64,000 nucleotides of DNA. Source: Hydrolagus affinis (lineage: Eukaryota). The stretch covers positions 1 through 64,000 of the forward strand of contig JAAILG010000336.1 of NCBI GenBank assembly GCA_012026655.1. The letters are read 5' to 3'. The notes under the pieces are model-generated. The model was not told the DNA's origin. It did no database searches and saw only the letters and a program-made list of their open reading frames with translations. How positions within the stretch are numbered: position 1 is the stretch's first letter; the number at the start of each line of letters is the position of its first letter. Position numbers and translations under genes: made by a program. Below, in pieces: positions 27,145 to 61,779 of the stretch.

Positions 27145-27620
27145 CCTAATTGCTCAGTGTATAGTGAGGGTGTGCAGTACTGTTCTGATTGCTCAGTGTA
27201 TAGAGTCTCTGATTGCTGCTCAATGTGCAGTGAGTATATAGTTAGAGGGTGTGTAGTACTGTAGTCTCTTTGCTCAGGAAACAGTGGGTGAACAGTACTG
27301 TAGTGTCTGATTGCTCAGTGTGTAGCTAGAGTACCTAGGATCTTTGGTGTGTAGTGAAGGTGGGCAGGACTAGTCTCTGATTGCTCAGTGTATAGTGAGG
27401 GTGTGCAGTACTGCAGTCTCTGATTGCTCAGTGTGTAGTGAGGGTGTGCAGTACTGTAGTGTCTGATTGCTCAGTGTGTAGTGGGTGAAGCAGGACCAGT
27501 CTCTGATTGCTCAGTGCCTAGTGAGGTTGGACAGTACTGCGGTCTCTGATTGCTCAGTGTGTAGCAGGACTGTAGGCTGGTGGCTGAGCAGTGCTGGCTG
27601 CTCTGATTGCTCAGTGAGTG
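27145..27620 (+). repeat. Minisatellite (~43-bp unit, core CTGATTGCTCAGTG) in the SLC9A6 promoter/5' region
   Basis: Core at ~27146, 27185, 27208, 27307, 27377, 27420, 27463, 27503, 27546, 27603. Confidence 0.9.
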
Positions 27621-27678
27621 ATGTGTTCTCTCCCATGATCCTGGAGCAGTGGCAGAGGGAAGAGGAGGAGGAGTAGGG

Positions 27679-50508
<22,830 letters not shown>

Positions 50509-50884
50509 CTTCATCAGCTGCAGGTTTACCTTAAAACCCAAGTCAAGTTATACTTTAAAGAGAAATGCACACTGCTCTAAATCTTAAAGCATGTCTCAAA
50601 TTATGTTAAAGAATAAGACGCAACTATTTATCATACTTTGAGCTATGGTGTTTGAAGGATTGAATGTTTCAATGCGGTAAATGCCTTGTATTATATTTGA
50701 AGATCTAAATGGATTGTTTTTGGTGCATTGAAACACCCAACATCCTTTTAAATCTGTCTCACATTTGCTCTTCTTCTTAATTCAATCCACTCTTCTCAAA
50801 AACTCTGCCTTCTTTAAAAGTTGAGTCACAGTGTCACAACATCATTTGTTAACCTAAAGTGTTTCATGCCTTGACCGTCCAGTT

Positions 50885-51165
50885 ATATCCTTGCATTTGA
50901 TATAGCGCTTTTCATGTCTGCTAAACTTCTCAAAGCGCTTACAGAATATACTGAAAAGTGAATTGACTGTTTATTTGTGGGCGAAATGCAGCAGCCAATT
51001 GCGCAAACAGTCATGGATTGAAATGACCCAACTATTATTTTTTTTCTTGAGGGATTATTATCAGGAGTGGAGTACGGAAACTTCCCCAAGGTTTCGCTCT
51101 GCCTGGAGTTGAACCTAGGTCTCTCACTTGCAAGGAGAGTGCTCTAACCACTGAGCTGCAGGACT
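50885..51165 (-). mobile_element. tRNA-derived SINE in the SLC9A6 3' UTR region
   Basis: Reverse full-length copy ~380 nt after the stop codon. Confidence 0.85.
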
Positions 51166-53778
51166 TGGGACTCCAAATAGGCAGTTATTTGGTTTGCTTG
51201 GAATTTCGTGGCATCCTGGGATATGTAAGATGCCTGTGTAGATTACATTTTTTTTTACTGTTTAGAGCATTTGGGGCTGATTACAAATGGATCAACTTCT
51301 TGTCAAAATTTGGATCCTTTTTGATGTTAGGCTATTGAACACTGTTACCATTTTGAAGTTTGAAATTATTTGAGCGACATCTAACAACACGAGTTCGGAC
51401 AAGTTTCCATTGCTAAAGCCAAATCTAAATTATATCCAATAGAATTGAGATCAACCACGTGTGTGCAAAATGAATTACTTTGTGGTGTTGCTTGTGACAA
51501 TATGAAATTAACAAACGGTAGCTGCCACGATGCACTGGGCAGGCGCACTCTGAATCTTTGCCATCGTTTAGAATCTGTGACCGACTGGTACTTGGCGCTG
51601 ATCAGAATTGAAGCTGGGTGAATTTCATTTGAATTGAACCCTGTGCTGTTTATCCACGACTTCACATCCCGGTTTCAGTGCAGAAATAACTTGTGGTTTT
51701 GATATGGAGTGAGTTCCATATTCTGGAATTTGACAAAGCTCATGGTATTGACCAGTTACCACACTCCTTCGAAGAGCAGTTACTCGCATGCTATAATCAC
51801 AACTGTGGGCCGTTTACTTTTGAGCATCTATTATTCAAATGCATATTCACAATCGCTGTGGTCTGATTCGAAATGCAATATCACAAATTGGATCCTTTAT
51901 TTACTGGGAATAAACTAAACTATTGTGTTTATTGCTGGTGACGAGCAAGTGCAAGTTCCCAGGATAATGATTTGTAAGTGACTCAGTGGAGATGCATTGT
52001 GGAAAAACACATAGTTGACGCGCTTGGAAATGGGTTTGTCTGCTCGCTTACCCAATTGGCAAGTTCCATGGAATAAATGGTGGGTCTGATTGTGAACATT
52101 CAGTGTGAATAGCCCTGACTGGAGGCATGCAACCTACCAGTCCATGAGACAAGCAATGTTAACTAGCTGTGCTAATGTGTGGCCTTTTCAAATCAATGAG
52201 GCTTCAGGCAAACGGCGTTATTTACATTATTTACTTTAGATTAGATTAACCTTTGAGATTACATCAGTTCGGAAGAGGTTGCTGGGTTGTAAAATGTATG
52301 GAGTTTTGGGTTGATGGACACCATGATATATATTAAGAACGAATGTGCAAGAGTGATAAAAATGACAGCAAACATTTTTCAATAATATATTCAAATGTAC
52401 CCTCAGCTTTTGTATGATTGCTTGCTTGGTACAACCTTGTTTCCGAAGAAAATAATTGCATGAAAAAAAAATTTGGATTTCAGATAAATGGATCCAGCAA
52501 ATGGATAGAAATATATAAGCAGTATATACAGTATATGAAGGCCATTGAACAAAGGAATGTTTGAATCAAACTTTAAACATTGTTAACCTTTTTTCAGTAG
52601 TGATTGTTGAGTATGTGGTCAAGTCCCAAGTCCTAACATATACTCATTGTTGGTGAGCACTTCTGTGGTTGGTTTATGGTGTTTTTTTTAGCCACCAGAG
52701 TCTTGCATTTGCTAATGTGACTGTGTTGTATTTATATATATATACAGTAATAATGCCATGCAATTTTACCTTTTTAAATTGATACCTTTCCTTTACTGTA
52801 GTTAGATTTATTCGGAGGAGATGCAGGTTGAGTGGGCAGTTGGCTGTAAGACATGAGGTGTGTCCTTGTCTAATGTTTTAGGTCATCAAAAGCACCGTGG
52901 TACATTAGAGGTAGCTTAATATTGGCCACGCCGCAGGACATTTCCTCATTTTCTTTCCTTCAGTTGCGTTTCATAGCTCCAGAGGGTTTGTAACTGAACC
53001 ATTAAACTCCCTGTTCCATACAAATGCTTTTGTCAATAGGATGTGGCTGGAGACGCCTTCAGCAAGAACGCATCTTTTGTGTTTTTTGGGGAAAACTTAT
53101 GGTTGCTGAGAACAAAATGATTTCATTGTACAGCAGTTTCACTCGAGTATTTTGTGAGCTTGTGTGGACAAACATGCATCCTAGCAGGATCTATAAAAGT
53201 GTGCTTGTTTTTCTGTTATCTGCAGATCAATCAGTGAACTAAAACCGGCCAGATTTAGGCACACCCTTTTCCTTCCTTTGCTGTTTTGCTCACTGCTGGA
53301 AACGATTATGCTGCCTTATAGCATGTTTGCCACCGTTAACCTAAATTCACCATTCAGCAGCCGGCTTGAAGTTGCTTTGCTTTCCGAGATGTAGTGCGCT
53401 GCTTGTTTTTGTGGAGCTGATGAGTGTGAAGGGGTGAGTGAGGCGAGGTAGAAAGTGGTAGATAGAAAGGTGAGGTAGAAAGTTTTACCTCACACTTTAT
53501 TTTCATGCAGTTCTAAGCAGTTTACGTGTCTTCACGTGTAGGACGAATATTACCAGTGGTGTTTATTTTCCTGGTGCAGACTTACTTGGCCCCATTGTGT
53601 GGTATTAGACCACGTGCTGTGTGCAGTGTTGTCTTTGAAGCTGTCAAGCCCTTTTGTTTAGCACTACATAAAGGAGAGTTTAACACCCTTGTGACACAAA
53701 ATGAACATTTGCTTTAGGTTTTGGATGATTGGCAAAGGTTTTACAGAGAAATACTGCAGTAGTAGTACGTGAAACTCC

Positions 53779-53803
53779 TGTGTGTGTGTGTGTGTGTGTG
53801 TGT
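53779..53803 (+). repeat. (TG)n microsatellite
   Basis: About 12 TG units. Confidence 0.85.
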
Positions 53804-54304
53804 ATATAGCGTCTGAATAATTAGGCTAATGTAAATGAGGTTTTGGACTTGTAAATATTGTCGTGTTAATATGCACTTATCCCATGATTTGATCACAGTT
53901 TGCTTAATTTTCAAACTGGAGAAAGATTTATTTGGATTGCACTGTGTACTTGTTAATTTTAACTTGTATCTATTTAAGGACAAATGGAATCTTAATATGC
54001 AGCAGTTTTTAAACTGGATTCTTTAACAAAGAAAACAAGTGTGAATTTTCTTTCTGTAAAAGTAGATTGTGTTGTTTTGGCTGTAACACACAGCCTGGTA
54101 TGACAAACTGCTGTATTCCATTGTAAAGAGCAATGGAACGGGCTGTATCCCGTTTGAAATTGCCGCATATTAAAATGCCAATTATTACTTGATAAATGAA
54201 ATGTCTCATCTGCTGCTATTGACTGACAGTGTTCCTTCCAACCAAAGGGCAACGCAAAGCAATGTTATCATGTCCGTTGATGTGCTTTCGACGATGCAAA
54301 ATAC

Positions 54305-54310
54305 ATTAAA
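54305..54310 (+). terminator. Candidate distal polyadenylation signal of SLC9A6 (3' UTR ~3.8 kb)
   Basis: ATTAAA after an AU-rich UTR-like stretch that includes TGTAAATA at ~53850; GT-rich sequence downstream. A proximal AATAAA lies at 52072. Confidence 0.35.
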
Positions 54311-56444
54311 AGAAGTTCATCCTGACTAAAAGTAATGATGTTCTGTGACATTGTCAGGTCATGTGCTATAAAAATGCTGATGGAAAAACAGCTGGTCATT
54401 TTATTGTGCTTAGGGTTGCGTCAATGTAAATCAAGACATTTTGTGTGTTTTGTTTCTATGGAACGTGACATTTCAGGAGATGAAAAGAGAGAACTGTAAG
54501 ACCTAGAAATTAAAATTCCCCCAAATACAGGAGGTACAGAACAAGTTAATGCTTTAAAAGAGAAAGCTCTGAACCAAGACTAGTTATAGTTTGGGGTCTG
54601 AACCTCTTTACAATAACTGGAGAAGTTCCTTTAATAGGATTGCAAACTCAAAACAGCTCAATTATTCCAATTCTGATGAAGGGTCCCATCAAAATCAATC
54701 ACCCACTTCCCAGGAAATCAATGTATTGAAAGAGAAGCATTTGAAGTGATGGATTGTATTCTTTCTCCATTCATTTTTAGTTTTATGCACGTTAAGACAC
54801 TATTGTAATAGTTGTGAATTTCTGCCTGAATACCCTGCTCTTGCCTAATTCCATGTGGCAGTGTAGGAATTAAGTACCACCGACTTACAGAGAACTGTGA
54901 AGTTTTTTTAAAAAAACACTTAAAAAATATACACTTTGTGTAAAAATTTGTCTCGTACTTTTGCTTTTCATTTTCCAACGTTGAACAAAACTACAATCCG
55001 ATAAGAAAAGATTTATTTTCTTGAGCTTACTTCTAAGATGTGTGCAGGCAAGGAATATTTTGCTTTGAGGTAGTCCTAAAATAAAACAGTGAAGCTGTGA
55101 TGTTCTGCTGTACTAGTCTGGTATGTGTACTAGTTGTACCCAGTTCTCCAACCCTCACGCTTTGGGCACTGTTAGATTAACTCCCCTCTTTATCAATCTG
55201 CTGTCTCATGGGCACTCTGTGTCGGTTGGGTTTTGGATAGTCAAGACTCCGCTGCGTGCAGACAGAGAAGAACAGCTTTAACCACATTTGTACTTGCTAT
55301 AAATGTATTTCCTGCTGTGCAGGAACTCGATTAAAACATTTTCAAAAACAGATCAAAATGACAAAGATTATTGTCCAGTAATAAGCTACGAGTATTTGGG
55401 CGCTATACACATAACAGTAAATGTGCTTGATCTATGAGGAGCATTCTGAAGCAGACTATTAATTGTAGTATTCTGCAGATGTGTAGCATTTTAAATAACT
55501 GAGCAAGAAGCTTTTTTTTTACTGAGGAGGCTATACAGCCTAAAACATCAAAAGCCCCCTCTCTCTATTTGTCCAATACTTGATTTATATTTTTAAAAAT
55601 CAAATTTCTAAAAGTTCCCAATAAAACTAATCTTGAGAATCTTCTCCATGACAATACTCAAATAATTTCCTCAGCCTTGCATAAAATGATGATCCCAAAA
55701 CGTACCACTACAATTTCTAACATAAACATATATCTATGAAATATTTTGCAACAGTATAGATCAGAGACAAATTGGTGTGCTATTGTGTGCGGGTCAAAAT
55801 CAGAACCCTAATTGTCAATTCCAAAATCATTTTTCTTTCTGAACGTTAACTTCTGCCAAAGTTCGATTACTTTAGGCCTCTGTAGAATTTCAACTTCTTT
55901 CTTAAGTTATGAAGACATTAAAGTGGATGAAATGTTTTCTTTTTATAAGTATGTTGAGCGTTTGTAGACCCACCAGAATTGTTGAAGGCACTTGTGAGGT
56001 AGACTTAGTACCATAGATGTGGTCTTGGAGATTTTGTTGGTTTATGTAAAGCAAGACATTTTAATCACATCCTGTCAGTTTTTCACATGTCTGCACTGTT
56101 TAGCTGATGTGGTAATTAGTGTTTTGCCGAGTAAAAACAGCATTAGCTGTGCGCGCGTGTAATGAAATTTATGTGACTAATGTATCTGCAGCAACTTTGT
56201 TTACACTGACTGCAAAAAAAAATTGTGTAAATACTCTGTGATTGATGTAGCGCATGGTACGAGAAATAAAATCATGCGTTTCTTTAAAAAAAATGCAGTG
56301 AGGTCATTGTACTTGTGATTTTTTCCTCCTCCACAGGATTTACTCTTTATTTTCAAAAGTTTCAGCAATGGCCACTTAGGCAGGATAACTGGCAACCAGG
56401 GAACCACAGCCTTCACTTGTCGAAGATCAGTCAAGATTATAAAT

Positions 56445-56711
56445 AGTCCTTGACTTTGATATAGCGCTTTTCAGGCCTTCTAGACATCTCAAAGCGCTTC
56501 ACAGAATATACTCTAAATTGAATTGACTGAATATTTGTGGGTGAAACGTAGCAGTCAATTGCGCACAGTAGTGTCAGGATTCAGTGACCAAATTTTTATT
56601 GGGTTTTTTCTTGAGTGATTATTATCAGGCCAAATTTTCAGCCTCCCAGGAATCGAACCCAGGTCTCTCACTTGCAAGGTGAGTGCTATAACCACTGAGC
56701 TACAGGATTCC
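56445..56711 (-). mobile_element. tRNA-derived SINE
   Basis: GGAATCGAACCCAGGTCTCTCACTTGCAAGG...CCACTGAGCTACAGGA. Confidence 0.85.
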
Positions 56712-58094
56712 TCTTGTGTGCTAACCAGATTGGAGTACTGGAAAACATTTGGAATGTTTCAACTAACATTTTAATCTTCCTCAAGAGATGTGTGTGCTTG
56801 AATACTTTCACCCACTGCATTCCTTGGCAGATTGAATGCAGATTTCCGCACAAACATCTTTCGAGATCTGGTGTACTGCACATATGAGGCCAGAAGTCGC
56901 TCATTCCATTATGGTACAGTTTAATTTTAATACCCAGAATTGTGTTGATTTATTGGTTGTGAAAGAAAAAAGCAGGTTGTTGATCATTATATAGAGCAGA
57001 GGTTTATTCCACTCTTGTTATTGCATCTCTCACACACACAAAACAGGTTTCCGAACCTATGAAACACACTTGAAGAGAAGAGTTGTCAATACAAAATCGT
57101 TTGGAAACCAGTTTAAGACTTTGTTGTAACTCAACGAGTTATGGTGGGTCTTGGGGAAAAAAAAACTCACTTTCAATTTAAACTTCTGATTGAATATCCA
57201 CAATAATTCACAATATGAGATTTTTTTAAAAAAAAACAACAGTACCTGCTTCTAACGAAGGGCAACAATTACAAATTAGGCTAATTTAGGTAACGGACAA
57301 ATATTTGTATGCTTATCCTTTTTGGCTTCCGTCTGATGCGGAAAATGTTATTCAGCAGTTCTTAGTACACAGTAACCAGGTTTAAATTGTTTTATATGGA
57401 AGGCGATAAATATTTTCCTGGTAGAAAGGAATGTGCTTTCATTCCAGAAATTTATATTTGATAACATTTTTAAAAAGACAAGTACTGTACTTGCTTTGAC
57501 TTATGAGGGTTCAGCTTATTCCCCCGGGTTTAAATAATCATAAAAATTTAATTTAACAATTAGAACTTGCCATCCAATCAGGTTCTTTGCTGTTTCTGTG
57601 ATAAACAGCATGAAAGCCTGACTGACTGTGTTCTGTGCTGATAACTAAAGGGTTTTCTCATATCCTGTAGGGGACAGACAGACACAAGCGGGACACAGAA
57701 GCTGAACCAAAGGAGTGCTCCTGTTCTGTGAGTGTTTTGATCACATTTTGATCACATTTCTTCAGTTTTCGGAAAAAATCTAGTTAAGTGAATCGGTTTA
57801 CAGATAAAGGAGCTGATGAGATGCAAATCTTCAGCAAACTGAATTCAGTTGGATTGGTTCCTTAATGCTGGTTAGAATTATGTCCTTGTGTACTTCACGT
57901 GGAAGAGTATATCTTATTGTTCTGTACAAAAGGCTTCAATCTTAATTAAAGTCAAACAATGGAGCTTGATAATGTAGTTTAAGTATTCAGAAATATCCGT
58001 ATTTTATATTGCAAATATTGATGTTATTCCTCGCTTCATTCAAATTGCGGGTTGTTTATGTGAAGCAGGTACAAAATAAAAGTATTGTAGAGTC

Positions 58095-58500
58095 ACTTTG
58101 GCTCATTCAGTAGCTCTCTCATCTCTGGATCAAATGATTTTGAATTCAAGCTCTAGATTGGAATTTCAGCTGTTCATCCTGGCAGACAGACAGGTGACAG
58201 GGGGAATTGCTTCATTGTTGGAGCTGCCAACTCCTCAGAAGAATTATTAAAACAAGATTATATCTACTATTTTTCAGATGGACGTTAAAGCTCCCATAAA
58301 AGTTAAAGAGAAGGCAGTTTCTCTTTGTGTCCTGTGACTATAAATTAATCATTCAGGGTATTTCATGGCTGGTTTTTAGGCACTCCGTTGTTCAAATGCC
58401 ACATTTGCCTTCAAAAATAGTGACTATACTTGACAAGACTTGTGAAGTGCATTGAGATATTTCAACATGAATGGGAGATCTAAAAATACAAATTCTTTCT
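58095..58500 (+). mobile_element. DeuSINE, old copy
   Basis: TGGCTCA head, TCAGATGGACGTTAAAGCTCCCAT Deu-like core, GTGACTATACTT...TTCTTTCTTT tail. Confidence 0.55.
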
Positions 58501-59942
58501 TTGTGTCTACATTGCTTAAAAGGCTCAAATGAAAAACAGTTTCAACACTGCAATTTGCCTCTTTACTGATTAAATGTCTCGGTGGGTGGGATATCAATTC
58601 AATGCATTTTAACAGATTCTAAAAAGAAATTGTTTATTTTTGCTGAAATAGGGCAGGTTTTCTTTCATTTAAAAGCAAAACAAAATTTGTACAAAGGATA
58701 GATGTCAGGGTAGTTGGTTGCTTGTCATTCAAACCTCTGAGACAAAATGTTGCAATAATGAGTAAAAATATAACTACTGTAAATTGAATCCCTTCTTGAT
58801 TGTCTTGTGTTTCTGGTCAATAGTAGGCCCTGGCACAGCTCATTTATTTTTCCATTTATTTTATCTTTATTTTCTCCATGTTTTATTTGATGTGTTCCTA
58901 GCTTTTTCCCATCTAGCTTGCCATCTAGCTTGCCATTGTTCTGACTGTCTTTTTCCCATTGAAGTTCAATGATGTTAGTTTGATTTTTAGAAAATGAATA
59001 GATAGAAGCATTTACAACAAAGTGATTATCATATTCCATCTGTTTGGCATTCTCTTTGAAAAATCCCAGATAAGGTCTGAATAATTGTGTTTGTGGGATT
59101 CGAGTGTGGGTTATATCAAAGCTCGATCTTTATTTTTAGGAGAATTTCTCTCTCGAAGGCTCTCGTTATTGTGAAAACTTTTTTTTAGCAAAGATGAGAG
59201 GAATGATTACAGATTTGATTCTATCAGTTCAGGGCACACAGATAACTGTAAAGTTAATTAATGACGATTTTCATATTTGACACAAAAAAAGATAACCATG
59301 GAGAAAATGAGCTGATGTGGAAAAGTGAACAAAAGTAGCACAAGTAGTACAGCATACAACATTATATAAAAGGAAGAATAAAATAATTAACAGCAGCAGA
59401 GAAAACATTCTAAAAGGTCTAGGGGGGGATTAATTGGTGCATCAAGAATTAAGACAAAGATTGACAGCATTGAATCTGAAAGGAAATTACTGCCTGGAAG
59501 TTAGTTTTATAACTATGGTCATTTGAAACATAAACAGTGCGGGACAGCTTGCATTTATATAGTGCCATTCATGACAGTAGGGTCTTGGTGCGCTTAATAC
59601 TATACCATGATCCACCCATGTATGAAAAGATAGGCAGCAACTCTGAATGCTGATGATGGAACAGGCAGTCTGGCTCATTGGCAGGACCTGGAAGGGCAAA
59701 CCAGTCACTGGGGGCAGGGAGTCATCTCACTCAGCTCCTCTTAACCCTACAAGCCAAAGAAAGCCCTAACAGGTAGGTGGTCCTAGCTGACGAGCAGCGG
59801 GAAAACATGGCCAGACAATCAGAACAGTGGCAAGCTGGATGGTTTTAGCTGGTAAGGCTCCAGCAGTTACACTGATTCACACTCGAGGATCCCTCACACC
59901 CTGACTCTTGACAACCTGCGCCTAATACTTCCTCAAAATATG

Positions 59943-60291
59943 TAATAATAATAATAATAATAATCCTTGCATTTGATATAGCGCTTTCCACATCTTGCCA
60001 ACGTCCCAAAGCGCTTCACAGAATATACTGTAAAGTGAATTGACTGTATATATTTGTGGGCGAAATCGCGGCAGCCAATTGCGCACAGCAGTGTCCCACA
60101 CACAGTCGTGGATTGAAATGACCAATTTTATTATTGTGTTTTTTTTGGGAGGGATTATTATTAGGCGTGTGGACTAAGGAAACTTGCCCAAGGTTTCGCC
60201 CTGACCTGCCTGGATTCGAACACAGGTCTCCCCAGCTTGGTCTCCCCAGCTTGCAAGACAAATGCTCTAACCACTGAGCCACAGGAGCTCC
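59943..60291 (-). mobile_element. tRNA-derived SINE, young subfamily with 14-bp head duplication
   Basis: Intact A and B boxes, (AAT)n tail; near-identical to 34444-34783. Confidence 0.9.
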
Positions 60292-61164
60292 ATAAGTAGC
60301 ATAGCCTTTAAACCAGGGTTAGGAGCTGCTACTGAAGGAATTGCCCCCTTCCCACCCCAAGCTCTGGATCAACCTGTGATGGAGACAGTTGGGGGCTGAC
60401 TCTAAAGTCAAAACCCACCGAAACGCTCTTCATAAGTAGGGGATAAATAATAAGAGTGGATTGGATGGTACTTTTAAAGGTGGAACCTAAAACCCTGTTC
60501 AGTGTACAGCTTTCACCTGGTAGCAGGAGCAATGTCAAAGTCACTTTTTTGTGCTGGTGTCTGATTTGCACGTTGATAATACAGCCAGTGTTTGCAGCCA
60601 ACTCTGACCTCACGTGTGGGCAGGTGTCTCAACCAGTACACAGTGTGATTGTGGACAGAGGGTAGTATAAGCACACAGCATAAGTGCTCGTTGTACATCT
60701 AAGTGTGTGCCTCTCGGCCTGTGTCACTCACACCCTGCCACACTGGCTGCTGAGGTAAATACTCACACCTGTGTTTCCCACTCTGTGACATCGGCCACAC
60801 ACTATTTAAAAATGTTGTGAGTGAAAAATTTAAATTTAACTCAAACCAAAGAGCTTCTTGACTGGTATAGGTTGGTAAAGGTTTACCGACCAAAGAAAAT
60901 CAAGCAGTGGAAGTTCTGTTTCCCCCCCCCAACCCCCACCCCCACCCCCCATTAGATAACTCAAGTTTAGCATAAAATAAATGTTTTTAAAAATCCCATT
61001 TACCAGTTCCCAAACAGATGCAAACCATTTACAGAATTATAAGTGGGGCTTAAACATTTTGTATATCAGATTGCCACTGGTACTGATCCTAAAAACTACG
61101 TATTTTCCATTAAGAATGTTGACACTTATTAAAAGTATGCAAAGGGGAAGGTTTCTTTTGCTGT

Positions 61165-61779
61165 GGAGTCCTGTAGCTCAGTGGTTAGATCACTCGCTGC
61201 AAGCGAGAGACCTGGGTTCGATTCGCGGAAGGATGACAAGTTGGGCAAGTTTGCTTACTTTGGAACTGTGTCCCGCAATCCCTTTGCCTCGCTCCCGCTC
61301 TTCCCTCCTTTAAATCCCGTCTGAACACCTTCCTCTTTGATTGTGATTTTGGCCACCCTCCCGCCCTCACCCCCTGCCCTCCCCCCCACCTTCTAACCCA
61401 ACTCCCAGCTCGAATCTAAAACTCCTGATTGTCCAGCACCTTGGGTCGTCTTTCCGATGTGAAGGGTGCTGTACAAGTGTAATTTCTTGTTGTTATTCAA
61501 CATGCTTCTGTTTACCTAGCAGTAGGTTGAACCCTGGTTGTTAGTCGATTGACGGATTGCTTTTCCCGGGGTAATAATTCCTTAAAAAAAAATCGGCCAC
61601 TCAATCCGATCAAATCCGACTGTTTGTGGGACATTGCGGCGCGCAATTGGCTGCTGCGTTTCGCCCACAAATATACAGTTATTCACTTTGCAGTATATTC
61701 TGCGAAAAGCTTTTGAGATTTCTCAAAGAAGTGACAAGGCGCTATATCAAATGCAAGGATTATTATTATTACTATTATT
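61165..61779 (+). mobile_element. tRNA-SINE split by an L2 3' end
   Basis: Head 61165-61257 and body/tail ~61570-61779, with an L2 fragment between. Confidence 0.8.
61258..61495 (+). mobile_element. L2 LINE 3' end
   Basis: WNCVPQSLCLAPALPSFKSRLNTFLF resembles the L2 ORF2 end WNSLP...FK..LKT.LF; tail CGATGTGAAGGGTGCTGTACAAGTGTAATTTCTTGTTGTT. Confidence 0.75.

Noticed and set aside
27145-27620. CRISPR-like array (constant palindromic core with variable spacers)
   Set aside because: Spacers are homologous to each other, the core is only ~14 nt, there are no cas genes and the context is vertebrate. It is a minisatellite.
54673-54700. Hammerhead ribozyme core (CTGATGAAGGGTC)
   Set aside because: No GAAA or stem II closure follows; at most a decayed repeat remnant.
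59780-59820. Hammerhead-like CTGACGAG...GAAA
   Set aside because: Stem II lacks the G-C closure before GAAA, and stems I and III could not be built.
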